Shown: one piece after another, positions 1 through 9,433 of the stretch
Layout of the letters: each line of letters begins with the position of its first letter
Numbering within the stretch: position 1 is the stretch's first letter
Assembly (NCBI GenBank): GCA_913041065.1
Contig: CAJWII010000001.1
Location: forward strand, 9,456-73,455
Direction: 5' to 3'
From: an uncultured Flavobacteriales bacterium
Lineage (GTDB): Bacteria > Bacteroidota > Bacteroidia > Flavobacteriales_D > Sanyastnellaceae
DNA length: 64,000 nt
The notes under the pieces: model-generated
Databases searched by the model: none
What the model was told of the DNA's origin: nothing
What the model saw: the letters and a program-made list of their open reading frames with translations, nothing else
Made by a program: the position numbers and the translations under genes

Positions 1-10
1 GACGGCTCGT

Positions 11-1918
11 TTAGCAGGGCTCGCCGTACACCGACAACAGCATCAGCAGGTCGACCGACGTCACCTCCCCATCTTCATTGAGGTCCGCAGGGCACACGTC
101 TTCGATGACCCCCATCAGGCAAGTCCCGTCGTCCAGCGTGGCTGCAGGGTCGTAATTCTCTGCGCCCGGCCACGTGCATCCTGTGCACCCCTCTGTTGTG
201 CACGACCCATCGTCCAGCAGCGCCATCGCATCGTAATTGCACGCGAGTTGGAAGGTGCACCCTGCACAAGACTCGCGCTCACAGCTGCCGTCGTCCACCA
301 AGGCCAAGGGGTCGTAGTTGCAGGCAAAATCGTACGTGCATCCTTCCGTCAACACGACCTCACCAGAAAACAGCCCCATGCCGTCCAGGCTGGCCCACCC
401 CGCAAACCAGGGCTCAAGGATGGGATGAAACGCCCCATGGTAGGACGTCACTTCGAGCCTGTCGTCCGTCGCCGTGTAGTACGGTGTCACCGTTTGGCCT
501 GCGGCTGGCCTCGGATCCAGTCCATCGACAAGAACGCCGTCGGCGAGTGCGAAGTCTCCATCCTGGAGCACTTCCAACACCACGTTGCCGCTGTCGGCCA
601 GCCATCCAGTGAGTTCCTCCTGGGCGTCATAATTCCCGTTGTATCGACCTGGGATGACCTCACCCTCCCCACAAACCCGCCAATTGCGCAGGGTCAGGAT
701 GCCATACTGAGTGGGCATGATGGCGTTGAAGCCGTCGCACGACAAGTAATGTTGGATTTCAATCCCTGCGTCACTCACCCCGTGCACAATGCTGTTGGTC
801 CAATCGCCCCCTGGCAAGCTGTGGTAGCACGCCGCGTAATCGGCCCCGTTCGTCACCAGCGTGAGGTTGCTCATGGCCGGGGTGCAAAACGGCTCCGCAG
901 TGGGGTCCATGTTGCTCTCCTCGAAGTCGTCGCCTTCCGCGTCGTACACAAAGCTCCGGCCTGGTGGGTTGCTGGCTTGGGCCAACGCCGTGTCTTGAAG
1001 GCCAAACCAATGTTGCCCCACGCCTTGCCACCCTTGGTCGCTTTCAAACGCGTCCTCCGCATGGAAAGCCGACATCACACGCCGCACCTCCACCAAGCCT
1101 CCGAAAATGTGGAGCCCATCGTCGGCCGACGCCAGCAACTCGATGTGCTCCACCACCGTGCCAGAACCACAGGCCCCAAGTTGAAGCAAATCCGTCTCGT
1201 GGCCGTTGCCGCTCTGGTTCCATCCCAGGTTGGTGCTCCCGTGGCGGATGGACAAGTGTCGCAAGATTCCCGAAGATCCGTGAGGATCTGCGTTGCCGCC
1301 GTACACGTGACGTTGTTGCCCCGACACGTCCACAACGCCTTCTAAGAGGTCCTCACCCGACCCCACACCGCCGGTGAAGGTTGGCGCATTGGCAAAGGAA
1401 AGGTCGAGGTTCAAGGTGTTGGTTTGGGCGCTTCCGCACAAGGCCAAACCTCCCCACATGCCCCGCACATCCAAACTAACTGAGCCGTCCAAAGGATCTC
1501 CAAGAAAAGAAAATTGAATGGGACAGTCGGCAGTGCCCTGGGCATCCAAGAACGCACCTCTCGACACGATCAACGCCCCCGGCATGGTGCTGTAGCTCAC
1601 CGTCTTTATGGAACCAAAGGCAAACGGGATCTCTACCAGGTTCTCGCTTCGCCCCTGACCCCCAGCGCCCAACACCACCGTGCCAGGCTCAATGCGAAGC
1701 GTGTCTCCAACGTTGACGAAGACTTCTTCAAGAAGCACGTAGTGGTGGTCACATGTCCACACTTGACTGCCGACTCCTTCACCTGCATCGTCCGTCACCC
1801 ACACGGTGTCACGTTCCGACACGGTCGGGCACCCGCACACCTGCGCCTTTCCTTGGTGAGGAAACACACAGAGCCCCATCAAAAGGGACCAACACCACGC
1901 GAAAAAAAACCGGTACAA
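11..1918 (-). CDS. secreted Cys-rich repeat protein (beta-helix-like core, ACNYD..DDGSC repeats, dockerin/EF-hand-like C-terminus)
   Basis: 635-codon ORF with a TTG start at 1918. It has a hydrophobic signal-like N-terminus ending GKAQ. The tail carries three tandem Cys-rich repeats followed by DLNEDGEVTSVDLLMLLSVYG. No T9SS C-terminal sorting domain was recognised. Confidence 0.6.
   Translation of the reverse strand: MYRFFFAWCWSLLMGLCVFPHQGKAQVCGCPTVSERDTVWVTDDAGEGVGSQVWTCDHHYVLLEEVFVNVGDTLRIEPGTVVLGAGGQGRSENLVEIPFAFGSIKTVSYSTMPGALIVSRGAFLDAQGTADCPIQFSFLGDPLDGSVSLDVRGMWGGLALCGSAQTNTLNLDLSFANAPTFTGGVGSGEDLLEGVVDVSGQQRHVYGGNADPHGSSGILRHLSIRHGSTNLGWNQSGNGHETDLLQLGACGSGTVVEHIELLASADDGLHIFGGLVEVRRVMSAFHAEDAFESDQGWQGVGQHWFGLQDTALAQASNPPGRSFVYDAEGDDFEESNMDPTAEPFCTPAMSNLTLVTNGADYAACYHSLPGGDWTNSIVHGVSDAGIEIQHYLSCDGFNAIMPTQYGILTLRNWRVCGEGEVIPGRYNGNYDAQEELTGWLADSGNVVLEVLQDGDFALADGVLVDGLDPRPAAGQTVTPYYTATDDRLEVTSYHGAFHPILEPWFAGWASLDGMGLFSGEVVLTEGCTYDFACNYDPLALVDDGSCERESCAGCTFQLACNYDAMALLDDGSCTTEGCTGCTWPGAENYDPAATLDDGTCLMGVIEDVCPADLNEDGEVTSVDLLMLLSVYGEPC
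119..346 (-). repeat. three tandem 22-27 codon Cys-rich repeats (C..ACNYD/ENYD..A..DDGS/TC) inside the CDS 11..1918
   Basis: The translated tail reads EGCTYDFACNYDPLALVDDGSC / ERESCAGCTFQLACNYDAMALLDDGSC / TTEGCTGCTWPGAENYDPAATLDDGTC. The repetition is also visible at DNA level. Confidence 0.8.
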
Positions 1919-1978
1919 GGCGATTCAGTTGAGAACATAAACGTAGCTCAAAATACCCGCATACACTACCTTTAAACC

Positions 1979-2182
1979 ATGGGAATTGTTGAGGTTTTAT
2001 TGACAATCGGCCTCCTCGGTCTGGGTGTGGCCGGCATCGCCATCAAAATCCTGGTGAAGCCAGGGGGAGAATTCAGCGGAACGTGCGCCAGCAACAACCC
2101 CATGCTCCACAGCGACGACGGGGGATGCAGCGTATGCGGCGCCCGTCCCCAAGACGCCTGTCAGGCAGAAAACCCAGCTTAA
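1979..2182 (+). CDS. nqrM: small Cys-rich membrane protein, NqrM-like (putative Na+-NQR maturation factor)
   Basis: 67 aa with one N-terminal TM helix (LLTIGLLGLGVAGIAIKIL), then GTCAS..GGCSVCG..DAC with four Cys. It lies next to apbE and the nqr operon. The family call is by recall only. Confidence 0.5.
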   Translation: MGIVEVLLTIGLLGLGVAGIAIKILVKPGGEFSGTCASNNPMLHSDDGGCSVCGARPQDACQAENPA

Positions 2183-2200
2183 TTTAAGACCTGAACCGCC

Positions 2201-3364
2201 TCAGCGGTTCACCTCTGGCAGCTCGGACAACCAGGTCAATTGACCACGCATCTTGGGTGTCGCCCAGAAACTGTACGTGTCGGTGGAATCTGCCATGATG
2301 AACAACGCTTCAACCGGCTTGCCGGACTGCTGCAAGCTGTCGACCCAAGACGCGCCGTCCTCCGGCCCCAACACCATGCACACGGTGGCGTAGGCGTCCG
2401 CGTAAGCCGCACTGGGTGTGACCACTGTGGCGCTCAGCAGGCTGTGCTCCACAGGCCGGCCTGTGCGGGGGTCCAAAGTGTGCGAGACGCGTTGGCCATT
2501 GACCACAGTCGTTTTCCTGTAGTTCCCGCTTGTGCACACCGAGGTGTTCTCCACGGGATAAATGGCCTGCAAGGAGCGGCCGACAGCTTGAGGCCGGTCC
2601 ACTGCGATGCGCCAAGCCTGGCCCTGCGGGTTGCTTCCCCAACACTTCACCTCTCCGCCCAACTCCACCATGGCGTGCGCCACACCTTCTACTTGAAGCA
2701 CTTCAGCCAACCCGTCCACCGTGTACCCTTGGGCCACGGCATTGAAATCCAGAGAAACCCTGGGGTCGCCTTTGGAGAGGTGGCCAGCGGTCTTTTGGCC
2801 GTCGTCGTCGAGCGCCTCGTTGAAATCCACAACATCGGTGCGGAACCTGGCGAATGCGTGTACGCTGTCTACCATGGCTTGGGTCACCACATCTCGGTGC
2901 TCTGTGCGGAATCCCCACAGCTCCATCAACGGAGCCATGGCCACGTCAAACGCCCCCTTGGATTCAGTGTGGACGTCGGATGAAATATCCCACAGCAACC
3001 CCCAGACGTCGAACGCATCACGCACCTCGAACACCGTGTCGGTACGGGAAAATGCGTTGAACCGAGACAAGGCCGATTCAGGTCGCCACGCATTCATTTC
3101 CAAATCCACACGCTCAAGCTCGTCGTCGATGGCTTTCTGGGGCACGGAATCTTGGGCCACGTACTTGATGGTGTACGTCGTGCCTTGGGCCTCGCCTTGG
3201 TGAACCCAAAGCTTTCCGCCCATAACAGGATCTTCTGCGCTTCCCCCAGGACCTTGACATCCGAAAACGACAAAGGCCCCTGCCAAAGCAAGGACCTTTG
3301 TGGTTCGTGGCGTGCTGAAATCAACCACCGAAGTCGTCGAAACTGACGTTCTCAGGGGGCACAC
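2201..3364 (-). CDS. apbE: FAD:protein FMN transferase ApbE (lipoprotein)
   Basis: Motifs [37 protein letters not shown] and [11 protein letters not shown]. It has a lipobox, [10 protein letters not shown]. It lies directly after nqrF. The ATG at 3364 overlaps the nqrF 3' end by 44 nt, and I found no alternative start codon between 3320 and the lipobox. Confidence 0.85.
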   Translation of the reverse strand: MCPLRTSVSTTSVVDFSTPRTTKVLALAGAFVVFGCQGPGGSAEDPVMGGKLWVHQGEAQGTTYTIKYVAQDSVPQKAIDDELERVDLEMNAWRPESALSRFNAFSRTDTVFEVRDAFDVWGLLWDISSDVHTESKGAFDVAMAPLMELWGFRTEHRDVVTQAMVDSVHAFARFRTDVVDFNEALDDDGQKTAGHLSKGDPRVSLDFNAVAQGYTVDGLAEVLQVEGVAHAMVELGGEVKCWGSNPQGQAWRIAVDRPQAVGRSLQAIYPVENTSVCTSGNYRKTTVVNGQRVSHTLDPRTGRPVEHSLLSATVVTPSAAYADAYATVCMVLGPEDGASWVDSLQQSGKPVEALFIMADSTDTYSFWATPKMRGQLTWLSELPEVNR

Positions 3365-4616
3365 CCCAGTCGTCGCACATCTTCAGCACCGCCTGGTTCA
3401 TCATGGGCGGGCCGCAGAAGTAGAACTCGATGTCCTCAGGCGCTTCGTGGTCCTTAAGGTGGTGGTCGATGACTGCGTTGTGGACAAAGCCAAGGAAGCC
3501 ATCGCCTTCGTCGTTCACGTTCTTCTTCTCGTTCCAGTTGTCCCCTTCGGCAGGCTCGGACAACACCAAGTGGAACTTGAAGTTGGGGAACTCCTTTTCA
3601 ATGGCTCTGAAATCGTCTACATAAAACAGCTCACGCTTGGAACGTCCGCCGTAGAAGAACGTGACCTTGCGGCCGGTCTTCAACGTGTGGAACAGGTGGA
3701 ACAAGTGGGAGCGCATGGGCGCCATGCCTGCACCACCCCCGATGTACACCATCTCCGTCTCGGTCTCTTTGATGAAGAATTCGCCGTACGGGCCGGAGAT
3801 GCTGACCTTGTCGCCTGGCTTTTGGGCGAAGACAAACGAAGAACAAATGCCTGGATTCACCTGCATCCAACCGTTGCGTGCACGATCCCAGGGTGGCGTC
3901 GCGATGCGAATGTTGAGCATCACGATGTTGCCCTCTGCAGGGTGGTTGGCCATGGAGTAGGCGCGGACGATAGGCTCGTCGTTGACCATCTTGAGGTCCC
4001 ACAACCCAAACTTGTCCCACTCCGACTGGAAGGTGTTGGGATCGGGATGGTGCTCAGGGTGCGCCGTGATGTCGATGTCTTTGTATTCCACGGTGGTCGT
4101 CGGGACGTCCACTTGGATGTAGCCTCCTGCCTCGAAGTCGAGGGTCTCCCCCTCAGGCAAGCGCACCACAAACTCCTTGATGAAGGAGGCCACGTTGTAG
4201 TTGGACACCACTTCGCACTCCCACTTTTTGATGCCAAAGACTTCTTCAGGCACTTGGATGTTCATGTCCTCTTTCACCTTCACTTGGCAACCGAGACGCC
4301 AGTTGTCAGCAATCTCTTTGCGCGAGAAGTGAGGCGCTTCCGTCGGAAGGATCGACCCTCCACCCGTGTTCACTTGGCACTTGCACTGAACGCACGTGCC
4401 ACCTCCGCCGCAAGCGGAGGGCAAGAACACCCCGCTGTTGCCCAAGGTGGTCAGCAGCGTAGAGCCCCCGTCTACTTCAAGCGTCTGCTCTCCGTTGATG
4501 GTGATTTTGAGTTTGCCCGCGGGCGAGAGTTTGGCCTTCACAAACAGAAGCAGGCTCACGAGCATCAAGATGACCGTGAGGAAGAAGGCGATGGTCAGAA
4601 TCAGCGTGGTTGTCAT
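3321..4616 (-). CDS. nqrF: Na+-translocating NADH:quinone oxidoreductase subunit F
   Basis: N-terminal TM helix, 2Fe-2S motif [15 protein letters not shown] motif RAYSMAN and NAD motif GGGAGMAP. It occupies the last position of the nqrA-F order. Confidence 0.97.
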   Translation of the reverse strand: MTTTLILTIAFFLTVILMLVSLLLFVKAKLSPAGKLKITINGEQTLEVDGGSTLLTTLGNSGVFLPSACGGGGTCVQCKCQVNTGGGSILPTEAPHFSRKEIADNWRLGCQVKVKEDMNIQVPEEVFGIKKWECEVVSNYNVASFIKEFVVRLPEGETLDFEAGGYIQVDVPTTTVEYKDIDITAHPEHHPDPNTFQSEWDKFGLWDLKMVNDEPIVRAYSMANHPAEGNIVMLNIRIATPPWDRARNGWMQVNPGICSSFVFAQKPGDKVSISGPYGEFFIKETETEMVYIGGGAGMAPMRSHLFHLFHTLKTGRKVTFFYGGRSKRELFYVDDFRAIEKEFPNFKFHLVLSEPAEGDNWNEKKNVNDEGDGFLGFVHNAVIDHHLKDHEAPEDIEFYFCGPPMMNQAVLKMCDDWGVPPENVSFDDFGG

Positions 4617-4622
4617 GTCTGA

Positions 4623-5237
4623 TCAGATTTCAATGCCCATGAAGCTCATGAAGGCGATGCCCATGAGTCCGGTGATGATGAACGTGATGCCCAACCCGCG
4701 CAACGGTGCAGGGACGTGAGAGTATCGGATTTTCTCGCGGATGGCGGCGATGGCCACGATGGCCAACCACCAGCCCACCCCGCTGCCCAGGCCAAAGACC
4801 GTGGCTTCCCCGATACTGGGGTATTGGCGATCCTGCATGAACAAGGCGCCTCCGAGGATGGAACAGTTCACCGCAATCAAGGGCAGGAAAATGCCGAGTG
4901 CACCGTAAAGCGCCGGGGCGAATTTCTCGACAATCATCTCCACGAGTTGCACCATGGACGCGATTACCGCGATGAACATGATGAAGCTCAGGAAGCTCAA
5001 GTCCACGTTGGCGTACTCTGGGTTCAACCACGCCAAAGCGCCCTCCTTGAGCACGTAGTTCTCGAGGAGGTAGTTGATCGGCACGGTGATGCCAAGGACA
5101 AAAATCACCGCAAGGCCTAGGCCGTTGGCGGTTTTGACAGTCTTGGACACCGCGAGGTAAGAACACATGCCCAAGAAGTAGGCGAAAATCATGTTCTCGA
5201 TGAAGATGCCCTTCACGAATATGCTGAGGTATTCCAT
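4623..5237 (-). CDS. nqrE: Na+-NQR subunit E
   Basis: 204-aa polytopic NqrE/RnfA-like membrane protein located between nqrD and nqrF. Confidence 0.95.
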   Translation of the reverse strand: MEYLSIFVKGIFIENMIFAYFLGMCSYLAVSKTVKTANGLGLAVIFVLGITVPINYLLENYVLKEGALAWLNPEYANVDLSFLSFIMFIAVIASMVQLVEMIVEKFAPALYGALGIFLPLIAVNCSILGGALFMQDRQYPSIGEATVFGLGSGVGWWLAIVAIAAIREKIRYSHVPAPLRGLGITFIITGLMGIAFMSFMGIEI

Positions 5238-5240
5238 GGC

Positions 5241-5936
5241 TTAGTTTTCTTCGATAAGTGCCTCATTGCGGCTGCGTTGAATCCAAATGATCAGGCCCAC
5301 AGTGATCAAGGCCATCGGAGGGAGAATCATCAAGTTGTTGTTCTCGTAGAATCCACCTTCAGAGATGAACCAGCTCGTGGGCAAAAACTTGACTTGGCCC
5401 ATGCCAGGGAGCGAGATGGCCCCGCTGCCGAAGATTTCACGGACGATGGAGACCACGAGGAGGATCCAAGCGTAGCCCATGGCGTTGCCGATGGCGTCGA
5501 GGAGGGACGGCCCAGGCTTGTTGCCCAACGCAAACGCCTCAAGACGGCCCATGATGATGCAGTTGGTGATGATCAAGCCCACAAAGACCGACAGCTTCTC
5601 GCTGATGTCCGGCTGGAAGGCTTTGAGCACCTGGTCCACGATGATCACCAAAGAGGCGACGACCACGAGCTGCACGATGATGCGAATTCGGTCTGGGACC
5701 ATGTTGCGAAGCAGGGAAATGATGACGTTGCCGCCGATCATCACGAAGAGTACAGACAAGCTCATGATCACGGCCTGCTGAAGTTGCACAGTGATCGCCA
5801 AGGCCGAGCAAATGCCAAGCACCTGCACGGTGATGGGGTTGCTGTCGTCAAGGGGATCCTTGAGGAGTTTGCGGTTCTTTTTGCTGAACAAGCTCGCGCG
5901 CTTGGTTTCGACCGCGGTGTTGGTGTCGGTGCTCAT
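5241..5936 (-). CDS. nqrD: Na+-NQR subunit D
   Basis: 231-aa polytopic NqrD/RnfE-like membrane protein. It has a 4-nt overlap with nqrC. Confidence 0.95.
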   Translation of the reverse strand: MSTDTNTAVETKRASLFSKKNRKLLKDPLDDSNPITVQVLGICSALAITVQLQQAVIMSLSVLFVMIGGNVIISLLRNMVPDRIRIIVQLVVVASLVIIVDQVLKAFQPDISEKLSVFVGLIITNCIIMGRLEAFALGNKPGPSLLDAIGNAMGYAWILLVVSIVREIFGSGAISLPGMGQVKFLPTSWFISEGGFYENNNLMILPPMALITVGLIIWIQRSRNEALIEEN

Positions 5937-6706
5937 CGTTGGGCGCGTTGGGTTGCGTTGTTGAAGTACTTGAGGTAAATGCCCATGGTGCGGTTGAGCA
6001 TTTCATCCACGCCCTTGGACGTGATGGTGCCGCCGGTGATGCCGTCGACGCTGTGCACGTCGGTCAACGCACCGCCCTTCAGGACCGAGAAGTAGGTGGG
6101 CCCCACTTCCGCGAGGGTCTTGCCCTCGAACTTTTCTGTGAAGAAAGACTCCTTGATTTCGGCACCCAAACCAGGGGTCTCTGTCTTGTGGTCAAACTTA
6201 GCGCCGTAGATGGTCTGCATGTCGCCTTCAAGCGCCACGTAGCCCCAAATCGGTCCCCACAGCCCGGAGCCCACCATAGGCACCACGAAGTAGGTCTCGC
6301 CTTCTTTTTGGCATTCGAAGACCGGGAAGGTCAAGTCATCTGCATTTGCCCAGGTCAAGTCTCCCTTGGCGGGCTTGTGCAAGCGGTAGTCCTTCTTGAT
6401 GTCGATGTTGAAGGGGTCGGTCGCGTCGGTGGTGCTGACGTCGCCTTGCTTCACCGACACCTGCGCGCCGGACGCGTCGATGGACACGCGTGAGGTCACG
6501 TACTCTGCAAAGAGCTCCTTCGCATTGTCGCGCTGGGAGTCCACTTTGATGGCCCCGAGGATGTCCATCATCTTTTTGTCGGCCGCGTTGGCCTGTTGAA
6601 GAGGCTTCAGCGAGATGGCTGTGGCTGCGAGGGCCGTCCCCACCACCACCACCATCACAATGGCAAAGCCAAAGGTGTAGCCGGTTCCGTTTTTGTTGAT
6701 CGCCAT
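5933..6706 (-). CDS. nqrC: Na+-NQR subunit C
   Basis: Single N-terminal TM helix, FMN-attachment motif SVDGITGGTITS, and the expected operon position. Confidence 0.95.
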   Translation of the reverse strand: MAINKNGTGYTFGFAIVMVVVVGTALAATAISLKPLQQANAADKKMMDILGAIKVDSQRDNAKELFAEYVTSRVSIDASGAQVSVKQGDVSTTDATDPFNIDIKKDYRLHKPAKGDLTWANADDLTFPVFECQKEGETYFVVPMVGSGLWGPIWGYVALEGDMQTIYGAKFDHKTETPGLGAEIKESFFTEKFEGKTLAEVGPTYFSVLKGGALTDVHSVDGITGGTITSKGVDEMLNRTMGIYLKYFNNATQRAQR

Positions 6707-6733
6707 GGTTGTGCGTTTCGTTCGTTCGTAAGG

Positions 6734-7951
6734 TTAGGCTGCGGCCACAGTCAACCGCTTCTCACGGCTCTTGATGTTGGCTTCAATCACATAGTGGTCA
6801 ATGAGCGGCGCCATGACGTTCATGAACAAAATGGCCATCATCACCCCCTCTGGGTAGGCGGGGTTGAAGACGCGGATCATGATGCTGAACAAACCGCCGA
6901 AGAATCCATACCAAAGCTTGCCCGTGTTGGTTTGGGCTGCACTGACTGGGTCGGTGGCCATGAAGACCATGCCAAACATGAAACCACCCATCACCACTTG
7001 GTGAACAGGGTTGATGGTCATGTACGCGTTGGCCCCGATGAGGTTGAACAACACCCCCATCACCAAACCACCTGCCAAGAAGGAGGCGATCACACGCCAG
7101 CTGCCAATGCCAGTCCAAATGAGGATGGCAGCACCAATCAAACAGGCCAGCGCAGATGTTTCTCCAACCGAGCCTGGGATCAACCCCAAGAAGCAGTTGC
7201 TCAAAGAAAACATGCCTCCCTGCGCAAACAGCGACATGGTGGCGGTGCTCGCTTCCGACGCCGCGGCACCTACAGTGCCTGCAAGGTGTCCCAGAGCTGT
7301 GGCCCCGGTGTACCCGTCCACGAGCATGCCACCGGCTTTGCTGGTCGCCACGTCGTGGATCCAGATTTCTCCACTCAGCTGTTTGGGGTAGGCGAAGAAC
7401 AAAAATGCACGTGCCGTGAGGGCGACGTTCAAAATGTTCATGCCGGTGCCTCCGAAGACCTCTTTCGCCACCACCACGGCAAACGCCACGGCCAAGGCGA
7501 CCATCCACAGGGGCACGTCCACAGGCATGATGAGTGGGATCAGCATGCCCGACACGAGGTACCCCTCGTTGATGCTGTGCCCGCGCATGCCGGCGAAGAG
7601 GAATTCAATCCCCAAGCCCACGCCGTAGCTGACAACGATGAGTGGGATGACCTTCCATGCGCCCACAAGCACGTTGGCCAAGAGGTCGGAAGATTCGCCC
7701 AAGCTCAAGTGATACTGGTGTCCTATGTTCCACATGCCAAACAAAAGGCAGGGTACCATGGCCACGATCACCAAGAACATGGTTCGCTTCAAGTCGATGC
7801 TGTCACGGACGTGCGCCCCTGAAGAGGTCACATGACCCGGGGTGAATGCAAAGGTCTCGAGGGAGTCGAACACCACCCAGAAACGCGACAGCTTGCCGCC
7901 TTCTTCAAAGTGAGGCTTGACCGATTGGATGAGGTTGTGAATGGCTTTCAT
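6734..7951 (-). CDS. nqrB: Na+-NQR subunit B
   Basis: 405-aa polytopic NqrB/RnfD-like protein with the FMN-threonine region YTGATALG. Confidence 0.95.
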   Translation of the reverse strand: MKAIHNLIQSVKPHFEEGGKLSRFWVVFDSLETFAFTPGHVTSSGAHVRDSIDLKRTMFLVIVAMVPCLLFGMWNIGHQYHLSLGESSDLLANVLVGAWKVIPLIVVSYGVGLGIEFLFAGMRGHSINEGYLVSGMLIPLIMPVDVPLWMVALAVAFAVVVAKEVFGGTGMNILNVALTARAFLFFAYPKQLSGEIWIHDVATSKAGGMLVDGYTGATALGHLAGTVGAAASEASTATMSLFAQGGMFSLSNCFLGLIPGSVGETSALACLIGAAILIWTGIGSWRVIASFLAGGLVMGVLFNLIGANAYMTINPVHQVVMGGFMFGMVFMATDPVSAAQTNTGKLWYGFFGGLFSIMIRVFNPAYPEGVMMAILFMNVMAPLIDHYVIEANIKSREKRLTVAAA

Positions 7952-7962
7952 GTCGTCTGACT

Positions 7963-9309
7963 TTATCCAAGTTCCACTTTCAAAGCGTCCAGCCCCTCAC
8001 GCACGAGCAACTGAACAGGAATTTTCGAGGTGCACACGAACTCGCACAAGGCAAAATCCTCGGGCGCGACTTCGTAGATGCCCAGCTTCTCCATCGCATC
8101 GATGTCGTTCACCATGATGCTCTTGACGAGGTGCACTGGGAAGATGTCAAAAGGAAACACCGCCTCGTACTGGCCAGAGACCACAAAGGCGCGGTCCTCT
8201 CCGTTTTGGTTGGTGTCCAAGGTGTAGGTCTTTCCCTTGGGCATGAGCCACGTGGGGTAAGCACGGCTGGCCGAAAACTTGTTCAAACCTGGGCTCAGCC
8301 AACCTTCGGTAAGCATGAACTTGGGGTCGTGTCCTTCAGGCAACGCCACCACTTGTGTGGCAAACGCGCCCAAGTGGCCGTCTGTTCCAGCGTTGGTGCC
8401 TGTCAACACGCTGCCGCTGATGACGCGGGCACCCTCGTTGACGTTCAACCCGAGGTCGTCAAGCTTGGCGCCAACAACAGTTTCCAGATGGCGCGGGTTG
8501 TTCATCTCTGAACCGCAAGCTGCCACCACGCGGCGGGCGCTGTATTTGCCTGTGTTCAAGAACGCACCAAGGTTGATGACGTCTTGCAAACCCAACGTCC
8601 ACAACACTTCACCTTTGTTGATGGGGTCGGTGTGGTGGATTTGCACGCCCACGTTTCCAGCTGGGTGAGGCCCTTGGAAAGCGGTCGTCTTGCAGTTCTT
8701 GAGTCCGGCGAGGGTGTTGTCTCCAGCCTGGAGGCCGACGTGCACCCCGCCTGCTCCGGCGAGCTCGGCCAGGGCATCGACGCCCCGTTGGAGGTGGGCC
8801 ATCTGGCCTTCCACCACCACAGAGGTCGACGCCGCCATGGGCGACGAATCGAATCCGCTCACGTAAATGGCTCGAGGGGTGTCCGAAGGGTTGGCCAACA
8901 TGTCGAATGGGCGCTGGCGGAATGCCGCAAACAAGCCTGCCTGGGCCAAGTGGGCCACCAGGGCGTCGCGGTCTCCCCCATTCCACACACCAAAGTCACG
9001 GTGCTTCTCCTCACCTGAAGCCTCCACCACGACGGCCATGATCCGGCGCTTGGCGCCACGAACCACGTCCTTCACGGTGCCAGCCACTGGGCTTGCAACC
9101 TTCACGTTGGTGAACGTCTTGTCGAACACAAGCGCGTCACCCGCGCTCACGGCATCGCCAGCTTTGACAGCAAGTTTGGGGGTCAATCCCGGATAATCGG
9201 GAGGTTGAATGGCCACCACCTTGGGTGCCGGCGCTGCAGCACATTCGGTGGAAGGAGCTCCGGCCAAGCGGATGTCAACTCCTTTTTTGATTCGCAAGGT
9301 CTTGGACAT
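7963..9309 (-). CDS. nqrA: Na+-NQR subunit A
   Basis: NqrA-type N-terminus MSKTLRIKKGVDIRLAG. I chose the ATG at 9309 rather than 9333 because a TACCTTTG promoter box (9331..9338) overlaps the upstream ATG. Confidence 0.92.
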   Translation of the reverse strand: MSKTLRIKKGVDIRLAGAPSTECAAAPAPKVVAIQPPDYPGLTPKLAVKAGDAVSAGDALVFDKTFTNVKVASPVAGTVKDVVRGAKRRIMAVVVEASGEEKHRDFGVWNGGDRDALVAHLAQAGLFAAFRQRPFDMLANPSDTPRAIYVSGFDSSPMAASTSVVVEGQMAHLQRGVDALAELAGAGGVHVGLQAGDNTLAGLKNCKTTAFQGPHPAGNVGVQIHHTDPINKGEVLWTLGLQDVINLGAFLNTGKYSARRVVAACGSEMNNPRHLETVVGAKLDDLGLNVNEGARVISGSVLTGTNAGTDGHLGAFATQVVALPEGHDPKFMLTEGWLSPGLNKFSASRAYPTWLMPKGKTYTLDTNQNGEDRAFVVSGQYEAVFPFDIFPVHLVKSIMVNDIDAMEKLGIYEVAPEDFALCEFVCTSKIPVQLLVREGLDALKVELG

Positions 9310-9330
9310 GTCCAATCGGTTTTCGGGGCG

Positions 9331-9338
9331 CAAAGGTA
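9331..9338 (-). promoter_or_regulatory. Bacteroidota -7 promoter box TAnnTTTG (TACCTTTG) for the nqr operon
   Basis: Exact consensus match, 21 nt upstream of the nqrA ATG at 9309. Confidence 0.5.
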
Positions 9339-9433
9339 GCCCTCACAATCCAAAAGAACGGACCAAGACAACACGCGATTTATCCATGGTCGCAAGGGCA
9401 ATTCTTGAAAGGATTTGCGACGAACTTTGGGGC

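Noticed and set aside
3300-4622. 440-aa plus-strand ORF antisense to nqrF
   Set aside because: It fully overlaps the well-supported nqrF. Its composition (Arg/Val/His/Leu-rich, no motifs) is typical of antisense frames in high-GC DNA.
6596-7822. 408-aa plus-strand ORF antisense to nqrB
   Set aside because: It is an antisense shadow of nqrB, His/Arg/Gly-rich, with no recognisable domain.
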